Notes under the pieces: generated by a model
The model's database searches: none
Seen by the model: only the letters and a program-made list of their open reading frames with translations
Told to the model about the DNA's origin: nothing
Translations under genes and position numbers: made by a program
Source: Aplysia californica
Taxonomy: Eukaryota
Direction: 5' to 3'
Length of the DNA: 64,000 nucleotides
Assembly (NCBI RefSeq): GCF_000002075.1
Contig: NW_004797323.1
Location: 684,205-748,204 of the forward strand
Shown: piece after piece, positions 38,001 to 50,400 of the stretch
How the letters are laid out: every line of letters begins with the position of its first letter
How positions within the stretch are numbered: the stretch's first letter is position 1

Positions 38001-41000
38001 TGGTTGGCGGGTGCTCTGGTGTGGTTTGCTTCTTCTTTCCTATCGAACATCTATCGTCTTTATCTCCCCTCCTTCTTTTTTATGTTTGTTACTCTCTTGT
38101 AACACCTCTAATCTTCTGGCACTCATATGACCTTATGCAGTTGTTAGCGCCTTAAAACCTCTACCAAAACTTTTTGAAATGTCCCTTTTGTTTTGCTCAA
38201 TGTGCGTTACCATGTTGATCTGCCGTGGAAGCTGACTGAGAATGAATACTCACGTTTACTTATCTGTGAACTGTTTTGTGTAGATGTAGAAACAGATCTT
38301 CTTCGGAAGGAAAGTGTCTGTGAGTATCCTGCTCGGTGTTTCCTTCATTTGTGTTGTGTCAAAAATAGTTTTCTTAATGGTGTTCCTGTTGGTCTTTTTT
38401 ATTCATGGGTACAGGTTTTTCCTTGGTGTGTGTGTGTTTGGGGGGGAAGTGCTCACAGTAGATGATAAATGAGAACTTCTATAAATTACGTTGTGTTACA
38501 CAGCATTTGCTCTGTTTTTCATTGGTCTACAAATCATTTGGAGTCTATTAAGTAGAACTGGGTTGTGCTTTGTGCACCACGAAATCATAGTATCGACTGA
38601 TGTTATTTCATTGTTTGCTTTTTGAAATTCTGTGATATAGTTTGATGTACACATTCAGTCAAATGGCTTTTTTGTGTGTGTGTGTGTGTGTGGTTTTCTT
38701 CAAACAAAACTTCCCTGAGGAAAAAAATGTCAATTTATTACAGGACAAAAATTATTTGTTTCTTTTGTGCTAAAATTTGCTGAAAAATTAATTCTTCTGA
38801 GAGTTGAGAACTAACTGCTTGATGCATTCACACTCTCTTATTTTGGGTCATGCTTGCTGTGCTTAAAGTAATTCCACGACATGTTGATTCATAAAGGTAC
38901 TTGATTTTCGTTTTGTGGAGGCGTTATTGAAAGGCTGGAATTTAGAGAAATTGCAAACATCTTCATCTTGTACTCTTAGTTGATGTCCCTTCCAGCAAGA
39001 AAAATTTTTCCCGACATTTGTTTAAAAAAAACGCACAAAAAACAAGTGGTATGGAAATAAAGCCTTTTTTTTTAAAGCTTCGTCTGTAATACTTGAACAA
39101 GACCAAGTTTCCTCAACTGTATGCACATTGTGCCCAACTCCAAGGTTATTTTTTCTTCATGTAAAACTTGTGTGTGCTGGTCCCCTTTTGTTCAAAAAGT
39201 TTCTTAACCCTATCCGTACGCCCTGGGGTCTTTTTGTATCCCCGAGGTTGTATTCTTCACATTTTAGAATACTTCTAGTACGAATATCTATTTGAAAACT
39301 TTCAGTATTTCTCCAAAAATAATTTTGACAGACTGCTATGCAAAACATACGGATCGGATTAACGAGTAAATTTCCTCTTTGGAAAGTGGTGGCACAGAGT
39401 TCCCCACGTCGTGTGGATACAATAGTAAAACACGCCATACGGATAAGGTTAACTCAGTACATCGAGGTAGAGGGACAGAAGTCCATTGTTACAAATGGGG
39501 AAATTAATTGTCACTATTCAAGTTGCCAACGTGGGAAAGCTATTTCTGTTTCTTTAACCTATCCGTACGTCATGTTTTACTATGGTATCCATACGACGTG
39601 GGGAACTCTGTGCCACCACTTTCCAAAGAGGAAATTTACTCATTAATCCAATCCGTACGCTTTGCATAGCAGTCTGTCAAAATGATTTTTTGAGAAATAC
39701 TGAAAGTTTCAAAGAGATCTTCAAACTAGAAGTATTCTAAAATGTGAAGAATACAACCCCTGGGGTACAAACTGACCCCAGGGCGTACGGAGAGGGTTAA
39801 ATACTTTCTGTTTGTGGTGCAAAACATGCTGAGCTGATTAGTTGTAGTTTGCACTTAGACTAGTAGAGTGTTTGCATGCTTTAGTTCGAGGTGTTAGAGA
39901 GGTCGGTGTGTGGTCTTGAGCACTAGTGGGTGGCAATCAGTCAAATTATGTTAAGCTCCTGCAATTTCTCTTGTACACCATTCCTTTTTTTCTCTATTTT
40001 CACCCGCCGTCTTTAATTTTCATGTCGAACGTGTACAGTGGTTGTAATCTATTAGTTTGCAAAAGGAATTTCCTCGCTCTTTAAAAAGATGTACATGTCC
40101 ATCTGTCGTTTGCATTTTGCCGTTGTGCCTCGTCCTAACAATGCATGACTTGAATTGTGTCAGTGTTGTATCTTTTCCTCACATTTTCACTTCTTGACCA
40201 TTATTGGTGGCTGGGCTACTGCTGTTTGATTTGATGTAATATAATATAGTCTGGGCCTTTTTATTTTTACCCATCATTTCTATTGGTATGTTTTGTTTTT
40301 TAAAATGTGGGTTGTATTGTTGTAATAGTATTTGTGTCATGACTTGGTGGAATCAGGCACTCATCAATTGTTGTGCATATGTGTGTGTGCCTAGAGTAAG
40401 ATACCAAAAGTCGGATTTTGACCATTTTGAGTTAAGGGTTGTACCTTATAAAAAATTCAATGCTGAACACAGAGGTTTTTTAACTGTTTTAAATATTTCA
40501 AGTAGTTTTTTAGATTATATTGCACATTTTGCGAGGTAGGGTATAAAAATTTGATTTTGAGAAAATGAGCTTCTAAGTTTCACAAACGTGAGAATACATG
40601 CAAGCTTTAAAAAAAAACACGATTTTTTACCTGTATTTATTCATGGAAAATTCATTTCCAATTTGGCTTTCAGTTAACATCGATATCATGAATGGAATTC
40701 AATGGTAACACATAGCAGGGAAGAGAAAACGTGCTTCAACAATAGATTTTAACACTTGTTAAAAGCAGTTTTCATTATTTGTTTTTTTTATACCCTTGCC
40801 TCAAAATAATTCAAAATAAAACATTTAGAAGTCATATCAGTGAAAACCGTTTGAGCACATTGTAAAAAAAATGTTGGATCTATCATTTTTTTAATGGAAA
40901 CACATTTATTTCGGTCAAAAAAGTGATTTTTGTCATTATCATCCTGTAGCTCGAAACAGTCTGGGCCGACTTTTGGTACCTTTCTCTAGGTGCACACACA

Positions 41001-44000
41001 TATAGAGTTATTGGTATATTAAGGTTTGTTCTTTTGTCTTGCTTTTGTTAAGAAAAAGTACCCATACATCTTGAACACAAGTCGAAATATTTGTGATTGA
41101 AAGAGATGGGGGGTCATCTGGTGTCAGCGAGAAAATCTCCACCGAAGTACGCTGATTTCCAAAGCTGTAGTGTCCTTGACAACTGTACATTTACAATTTT
41201 TTTGCTTTTGATCAATGTTTTTTAGTCAAATCGACAACGAAATGTGTTCTTAAATGGATACAAAAGGTGTTACGCTCAAAGAAAAAATTTTGGGGGTAGG
41301 GTGGGGGGGGGGGGGATTTGCCCAATGGCCAGGATAATTCCAGTTTCTTTGGTTTGATTATATTTTGACGAGGGCCAGATTTCACCAGGATGCTTCACAT
41401 TTGTGTTGCCTTGCTGAGGGGTAGAACTCGAGCCGTTCTTGCTTACAACTCAACTTCACTGTACTTCCTAACTATTTTTATCTGTTTTGATCGTTCATAT
41501 GTGTACAATGTTTCTTGGTTTTATTTTATAATATTTTTTTTTAATGTTGTAAATTTTTGCGAATATCCAAAAGCCAGGTTTGCTGGAATTTTTACAAATT
41601 TTCAGAAAAACGTGTAGTTCAACGAATGGCTGATGTTAAATTTCTCGCTCTCAGACTTTCTTTTATTTAATATGGAGACTTCCATGAATGATATTTTGCA
41701 CTGACCTAAGCAACAGTCCAGACATGTCACTTAGTTTCGTATATAGAGTTACAGGTGTAGAGATCTTGTGCAATTCAATATGGTGCTAAGTAACATCAAT
41801 AGTTTTCTGGTTCACAGAGGAATTTGGGCTTCTATCACTAAATTCTCTTACCCAATGATAAGCTGGGCTAAATGAACAAGCAGATTCTCCACACAAATAC
41901 TCTGCAACTTGTTATGATTATATCTTGGCGATTTGCCAAATTTACGGTGCATAAAGATGGTAAAATGGATGTTTTCTTTTGCGAATTTCATGTTTTTCCT
42001 CTGAGCGTTAACTTTCACTTGTTTGTGATATCATAAAATAATCGTTTGACATCAATTAAAACTCTTATGGTTGTTTGTTGGGGTTTTTTTGGTAAGTGTT
42101 TTACGGCGCTCGTAACTGCATAAGTTTATATGAGCACGAGGGACACACCAAACATTTTCAGTTGGTAGGAAATTTTGAATTTTGCCCAGGTGGCGGCTAA
42201 AGCCTACTCTTATCGATTTTAGACCACCAAGGGGTCTTTATGGTGCGCAACGTGCACACGGGACCTCCGAGATTTTTCGCCCTTGTTCGAGAAAGCTAGG
42301 TGTAGATCTTTCCTATCAGAAGATCAGGGGTGTGGCTGAAAGACAGCAGTAAGGAGCCAAGGAGTAGCAGTTACTGCAGAAAGAGGAGGGGGCAAAGGAG
42401 ATGGGGGGGGGAGGGGGCAGAAAGCGGAGACGAAAGCAGACGATAGAACATTGCTAATGAGCTGGAAAGGAGACAATTTTGGAGAAGAAAATTTTTCCGT
42501 CACTACCCGGTTGGTTTTAGAATAGACATGTTGTAGATTTAATTATGTGTATTGCTTTTATGATTCAGGTCAATATCTTAGCTGTTAGATGTCGACTTCC
42601 TTTACTTTCAGAACCAGCTATTTGAGGATATTATATTCAAAGAAAACATAACAATGGCAAATTAACGAACAAATGATACATCTTTAGGCATGAAGCAAAT
42701 GATTACTAGGACAATTATAACTGTACATGGGGTTCAGATGCGCAAAATCAACGATTACTGGTGGATGAGATGAATTTATGTGCACAACAATTGACAGTGT
42801 AGTGTGGAGATCAGGCTGAACATTTTGGAACGCAGTATAATAGGGTTTGATAAGAAATAAAAATACCAGGTGAATGACCTAATTTCTAACACATTTTTAA
42901 CGTTCTGTGATGAGCGTAAAATCTTACTTAAACCAAAACTAGAGGAATTTGTTTTTGACCACATTACACTCTTCTTGCCTTTTCATCTCCTAACTCAAAA
43001 GTAGTTGTGCCGACGCCTAGGACCTTTCTCCAGGCACACTTACATTTGTGTCTCCGACTGTTTCTATTTTCAAGGGTGTTCAATGCATTTCATTCAGAAG
43101 GATGATCACCAGTGTAAGAAACGCTTGGCTTATTCGCTCTTTCTTTCTGTGTATCTGAAAGGTATGTCAGCCAGCCTGTTGCCCATGGACCCGGTCCCCG
43201 AGACTCTCAGTGTGGACGACAGTGAAGGAGGGAGGCACCTGATAGACTCAGGGTCCTCACGGGAGCAGACGTCAGACTCACGGGAGTTGTTCTCCACTGT
43301 GAAAAAATGCCCACAATGTAAGGGAAAGTTCTGATGTGTGGATTTAGAAGCTAGACTTTGAAATAATTTTTGATGCTGTAGTATGTTCTTTATGTACACA
43401 TCAGTAAAATATGATCCTCGAGGTTCAGATTTCTTTGTGGTTTTTTTTTGGTCTTTCTTTTAGTTACCACCAATCTTTTGATCTCAGAAAAGTTGCTATG
43501 TGGGTGGTTGGTGGGTGCTCTGGTGTGGTTTGCTCCTTCTTTCCTATCAAACATATATCGTCCTGATCTCTCCTTTTTGTTTTGTGTTTGTTACTCTCTT
43601 CACTTGTAACACCTTTGATTTTCGGCATTTATATGACCTTATTGTGTTGCAAGTGCTGTAAAACTCTTACTAAAACTTAAAAAAGACTTTGAAATATTTT
43701 TTGAACCTCTAGTATGTTCTTAATGTACACATCAGCAGTAAAATATGATCCTTTAGGTTCAGATTTCTTTGGGTTTTTTGGGGGTTTTTCCTTTAGTTAT
43801 CACCAATCTTTTGATCTTGAAAAAAGTTGCTATGTTTGGTGACAATGCATTATTGTGATTACTTTTAGTTCAATATTGGTTTGTCATACAGCTCTGCTTA
43901 TCTGTCTGTTATGTTTCTCTTCATCTTTTCACATTTCTTGCAGTTCCACAGTTGTGAACGCTGTAAAACTTACAAAACTGACACTTACATTTCTTGGAGC

Positions 44001-47000
44001 ACTATAAGTATGTGGCTGCTATTCTTATTTGCCTGTTGTTATGTGAACTTTATGTGAATAGATGAATCTGAACAAAAATTTTTCCCCGCTCAACTGACTG
44101 AAGTGTCTTTAGGCCATTCTCAAAGGGGGGACATTTCTTGTTCTTATGCTTTGTAGAATTGTAAATGGGCTGATTCAACAATGTCATGCTCATAACTGTG
44201 CTTGAACTACAACAGGGAACTGCTGCTTTTTCTTTCCTAATCCTTACTATCGTCATTTTCCTCTACTTCTTTCATATGTTTGTCACACTCTTGTGACCCA
44301 CTATTTCCGGGATGCCTTGAAAGTCAAAACAGACTTAATGCTGTTGAAGCTAGAGAGGGGAGCAAAGTAAGCCCGATTCCCTGCAAAGACTTCTCTGTTG
44401 ACATCCATCCCTTGGCGCTCATATGACCGTATGCAGTTGCGAGCGCCTTAAAACTTCTACTAAAACAAAATAAACATGACACTTACAATTCTTGAAGCAC
44501 TATAAGTATGTGGCTGCTGTTCTTATTTGCCTGTTGTTATTTGAACTTTATGTTTACAGATGAATGTGAACAAAGTTTTTTTTTAAACAAACTGTTGGGT
44601 TTGGTGTGTCTCTGACACTACCGTTGATTGTCTTCCAGTTGCTGGAGCTGCAGGGACCAACCAGCGCCGGCCCCAGGCTCTCTTCCAGAGCGTGGCAGAG
44701 GAGAATGAGTTCAGTCTCACAGAGGAGGAGAACAAAGGGGCTGATCACAGCAAGCCGGGCCCTCATGACTCTCACGACAAGCAGGGACAGCAAGACAAGC
44801 AGGACTTTACAGATTCTGGCATGGGTCAGACCCAGTTCACAGCCACCCACAGGTTTGTAATTGTCGAGAAAAATAATTTTGTTTCCCCGCTTTTCTTTTC
44901 AAATACCCAAATGCATCTGATAAAAATTTAAGTTTTTTTTTTTCTTCTTTGCATTCCCCTGCTAGATCTCAGAGTAATTCGGTTGGCGGGTGCTTTGGTG
45001 TGGTTTGCTCCTTCTTTCCTATAAAAAATCTATTGTCTCTATCTCCCCTCCTTCTTTTTTGTGTTTGTTACTCTCTTGTAACACCTCTAATCTTCGGCAC
45101 TTATATGATCTTATTGTGTTGCAAGTGTTGTAGAACTCTTACTAAAACTAAGAGTTATTCGACTGCTAGCTCTTTAACCTGCAGTTCAACTGATTTTTAC
45201 TACTCCATGTGGCACTTTGCCTTCAGGCAGCCTTATTCCAATTTTGAACGTACTCTACGTATGTTTTTATACTGACTTGGAGAATTTTCTGTTTTGGTTT
45301 GAATTAATTTGGAATTTTGCCTGGACGTTGGCCGAAGCCGACTCTTTATCAGTTTTAGGAACAAAAAGAGATCTCCAAAATTTATTGCTCTTATCGGAGA
45401 AGGCTAGGTGTTCTGTCTTAAAATGAGGGGTGTGACTGAAAGACAGCAATAAGGAAGAGCCTTGAGTAAAGGAGATTGGAGCCCAGAAGAGGTCAGGGGT
45501 GGGGGAAGAAAGTGGAGATTTTAAAAAAAGATGAGAGAACAGGATAGGAGACAACAGGAGAACATTTTTTTCATGGCTGTCAGGTTTCAATCCCAGGACC
45601 TTTTGAATGAGAGGCAGCACTGCACCTCTAGACCATGAAATCCCTTAAGTTAGTTTGTGATTTCTTGATGGTGTATATGTTTTCGTATTTAGAAACCAAC
45701 CGACTTACCAAGACCAGAGATTTTTCAATTGATTTTATCCTTTATAGGTTGCATGTGACTTTCTGTTGTTTCTTGTTGTTGTTGTTTTCAAATCCCTTTA
45801 GCTGTGAGCATTTCGCTCTTGGCAGCGCAATGCTCCTACATGTCCTTGTCATCTGGTCAACGCAAGAGTAGAGCACGCTTTGTAAGTCTGTAGGTGTGTG
45901 TAGAAGCCTGCATCAAAGAACTGCCAGGTTTGGGCAGAGAAGGAGAAGATGTTCAACAGTCTCCTCGTGGTTGTCACAGTGTCTGCAATGGGGTTCCCAC
46001 ATGGGGTTAATGTGACTTTCTGTATCTGAAGCAATTTGATTCTAGTCTTTTTCCCTCTGGTTCAGGTCGTCATCGTCTGTGTCCAAGTCCTCCATGGGCA
46101 GCAGCCTCCAAGGGCAGAGTACCATGATGGCAACTGTCTCCAGCAACACACTGACCGCTTCTGCCAGCCATTCTGACCACATGACCACTGGATCACTGAC
46201 CTTGACTGATGGAGGAGAAATCAGGAGGGACCAGGGAGAAGTCAGGAGGGATCACACTTTGACTGCCCCAATGGCCAACTCGGTCCAAAGTCTGGAGGAA
46301 AGGTCCACTGTGCCCTTTGACCCAGAAGAAGAAGCAGACCACACATTGCACCAGGTCATTAGGATTTTTGTGTGTGTGTGTGTGTGTTTTAATAGAAGTT
46401 AAGACTTTTACTAGGAGTAATTTAGATCATCATTTCTGGATCCATGGCAACAACAGATCTGTCCTGAGGTGATGCAAATGGTTCACCTTCTAAACAAAAT
46501 GTGAAGAAAAACATATATTCCATGAAGAACAATTTGGACTTCGGAAGATTCAGACCCCAACCCTTCGCATGTTGATATGGTTGCTTTTGAGGACAAGCGG
46601 GCTAACCCAGATTTCAGGGGTTTCCAGAAATCTAGACTTATACCAAAAGTGGGCGTTGCCCTACCTATAGGAGAAGTTTGGTTTCCTTGGTGTGTATATT
46701 TGTTTGGTTACAGAGAAAACTTTCCTTGTCTTTTAAAGAAACTGAACAAGGGGCAAACATTTTACCTTCGATTTTCTCAAAACAGCATTTTTCGGGATAG
46801 CCGCCATGTGCTTAAAAGCAGCCATATGTTAGTACTTCTGGTGAGAGCGAGGAAAGTTTGCCCATATTTTCTTTTTTGGACAATGCTAGTTAGCGACAGC
46901 ACAGCTTGAAGGAAGAATATTTCAAATATCGTCACATGCAAGTTAGCGGGACGTTTTTGTCCATCTGCTTCCCCAGTTTGCCTATCAAACCAAATTCCAT

Positions 47001-47391
47001 GTTGGATGAAGATAAATGTATATATTGAGGAAGATTAGAAAGTAAAGCTGTTCCCGTGTCCGATCCGGACATTGGGGATTGCCTTGTTAGTGAGACAACT
47101 TCCTGGGCCTTCGGCATATTGTGGTAGGGTGGTGAGAAAGATTTTGGTTTCTAAAATGAAGATATTACTTTTAATTCTTATGTAAAAGACCGGACCATGA
47201 AATTCTATTGAGACAGATCCCAAGGCACTTTTCGGGTACTTGAATATGAGTCTTATGTGCTAATTCAGGCTGTCTGGGTTGTAAATTTTTGTTCGTTTTC
47301 ATCTGTCGTTTCAGTGGGAAGAATTTATTACATACATACAGTGGAATATGAGAAACTGTCAAGTTTTGTTTGGTTTCGCTAGTTTTCTTCT

Positions 47392-47431
<40 letters not shown>

Positions 47432-50400
47432 GTTTAGAGATGCACAAATAGAAGAGAAGTAAAATTGAGGGATTTTATTTTACTTTGGTTTATTGGTGAT
47501 GTTTTGGGATTAACCTTGTTAATCGGTTTTAACGAACTCCACTGTTTATACAGTCAAACCTGTTCTAATGGCCATCTGTCCAAGACAATCACATGTACAA
47601 ACGACCATTTCCCACTTCCCCTTTTGCATTTTTTCTTCTGTCTTAGAGGACCGCCTATCTCAGATTGTGACTTTTCTTCTTAACAGTGGGTGGTCATCTT
47701 GAACAGGACCGACCATATGTTCTGGCAACGTGCTCCTCACTGCGAATTTTGAACAAACACCACACATGACCGGTTCTAAAAAAAAGCATACCCTCAAAAT
47801 ACTTTTAATAGTTTTTCTGCTGTGGCTGCATTGTTGACTGCTGACTTTCCTGGTCTTTTACTCCCTTGGGGAGGGCACAACTGGCAGGTCATTTAACTTG
47901 TTTTCTTCATGCCCTCAGGTTGCTCTGGAGGCTGAGGATTTGGAAGAACTGGAGGCGTTCTCAGACTTTGAGGAGGACGCAATGTTTGATGAAGGTTTGC
48001 TCCCTATGGGGTTGTTGGTTGTTTGTTTTTTTGGTTTGGTTTTGGGTTTTTTTGTGTGTATATTAAAGTTGCAGACTGCATATTGGACTCTTCTGATTTT
48101 CTTACCACATACATGCCGGCACGCACATACGATCGTACAAGACACAATATTCCATTTCTTAAATGTGACGTCAGTATCTGTATCTCGTCTACATGTATTT
48201 TGACAATGAAATTAAATACTCTGGTGCTCACAGTGAGGTCCAGTAGGTGGTTGGCGGGTGCTCTGGTGTGGTTTGCTCCAGTCCTATCAAAGTCTATCGT
48301 CTTTATCTCCCCCCCCCCTTTTTTTTTTTGTGTTTGTTACTCACTTGTAAAACCTCTAATCTTCGGCACTTATTTGACCTTATTGTGTTGCAAGTGCCGT
48401 AAAACTCTTACTAAAACTAAAACTAAAAGGTTGGGGTCCAGTGTGATCTCCTTCCCGTCTTTGACCTTGGTGAACTGATACAAATTTACTAATATGTTTT
48501 TCGTTTAGAACGATTTGAGTCTTAATTCCTGTAAATACACTTTTCCTGACTTTCAAATGTGCCTGATTTTAAACTTTTAAAAGTGAGTAGATCTATGGGG
48601 TTTTTTCTCTTTTATTTCACTAGTTATTTTAAAGAGCCTGTTGCACCAAGTTTTTATCATTACGTTTCGAAGTTCCAAAGAGATGTCTTCTAGTGCACAG
48701 GTGAAGAAAGCTAATAGTGAGTCTTTACATTTTGTTTACTTCTCAACAGATGTGGCTGTAGTGCCTCCAAGTTTTCCTGAAAATGGCATCAGGTACGTGT
48801 CTGTATGAAACACATTTGTTTGTCCTAGTTATTTTGTAATAGTGACATCCTTTACTTTAGATGTTTCAAAGTGAAGCTATGTATTCTTTGAACTAAAAAA
48901 GAAAAAAGGTTCTGTGATTAGAACGCTGCCCAGCAATAACATCAGCTATTGTGGAGTGTATTTTCTGTATGTTATGTCCTCTACTGGTGGGTTATCACTT
49001 TTAAGAATGTGGGTGGTTGGCGGGAGCTGTGGTGCGGTTTGCTTCTTCTTTCCTATGAATGAAACATCCATCGTCCTTATCTCCCCTTCTTCTTTTTTGT
49101 GTTTGTTACACTCTTGTAACACCTCTAATCTTCTGACGCTCATATGACCTTATGCAGTTGCGAGCACCGTAAAACCTCTACTAAAACTAAAACTTAAAGC
49201 AAAGCTTTGTATTCTTTAAACTAAAAAAAAAAAAGTTCTGTGATTAGATCGCTGCCCAGTAGTAACATCGGCTACTGTGGAGTACATTTTCTATATATTA
49301 TGTCCTTTACTGGTGGGTCATCACTTTTTAGAATAGTGAAATAGGTGAAAATGACATTGTTTTCTAACGTAATATACAGTGGTAGGCAGACAGCACTCCA
49401 CACTCTCACACACTCCCTCCACCTGTTTCAAAGGGCACTGTAGACTTAGAAGGACATCAGTTCATTGACATTGGCTTATTGGTCGCTTTTATGTACAAGG
49501 GGGCTATCCCTAAAAATGCTGATTTGGGAAAATCGAAGGTAAAGTTTTTGCCCCTTGTTCAGTTTCCTTCAAAGACAAAGAGAGTTTTCTCTATAACCAA
49601 ACAAATATACACACCAATGAAACCAAACTTCTCCTATAGGTAGGGCAGTGCCTACTTTTGGTGTAGGTCAAGATTTCTGGACACCCCCTAAATTTGGGTT
49701 AGCCCACTTGTCCTTAAAAGCAACCAATTATGCATGGTCATTTTCAGTGAAGGAGGAGGAAATGGGTGGGGGGGGGGGGGGGGGGGGGGGGGGGCGATGA
49801 GCTACACTATGTATGATTGGGATGATATTTGATTAAACTTTTTTAGAGGTGCCTTTTCCCTATTCTATGTGGCCTGAGTGTTTGCTGCCTTGACCCTTCT
49901 GCATTGCAGCATGCCTCATTGTCTCTCTCTTGCCCTTTTTAACTCCCAGTGGAGCACAGGCCATCAACAACATTACTCCAGCGAAGCCTGTCCTGAGCAT
50001 CCTTTTCTATCTGTTTCCATGATGTCCCCGCTTTTTCAATTTCCGCTTGTACCGCTCGCCTCCATGTCATCTTTGGTCTTCCCTTCTTACGCTTTCCTTG
50101 TGGGTTCCACGTTAAAGCCTGTCTGATGATGCTTGTTGGGGGTCTCCTCAGGGTGTGTCCAATCCATTTCCATTTCTTCACCTGAATATCTTCCTTTACT
50201 GGCCTTTGGCTTGTTCTCTCCCACAGTTGAGCATTAGTAACTCGATCTTACCACTTGATCCCCACTATCCTTCGTAGGCATCCATTTACGAAGCTCTGCA
50301 GTTTCTTTGCTGCTGATGCTGTGAGCCTCCATGTCTCTGAACCATACATGCCTCATTGTAGCAGACTTAAAACAATGGGTGAAGGGGCATTTGAATACCA

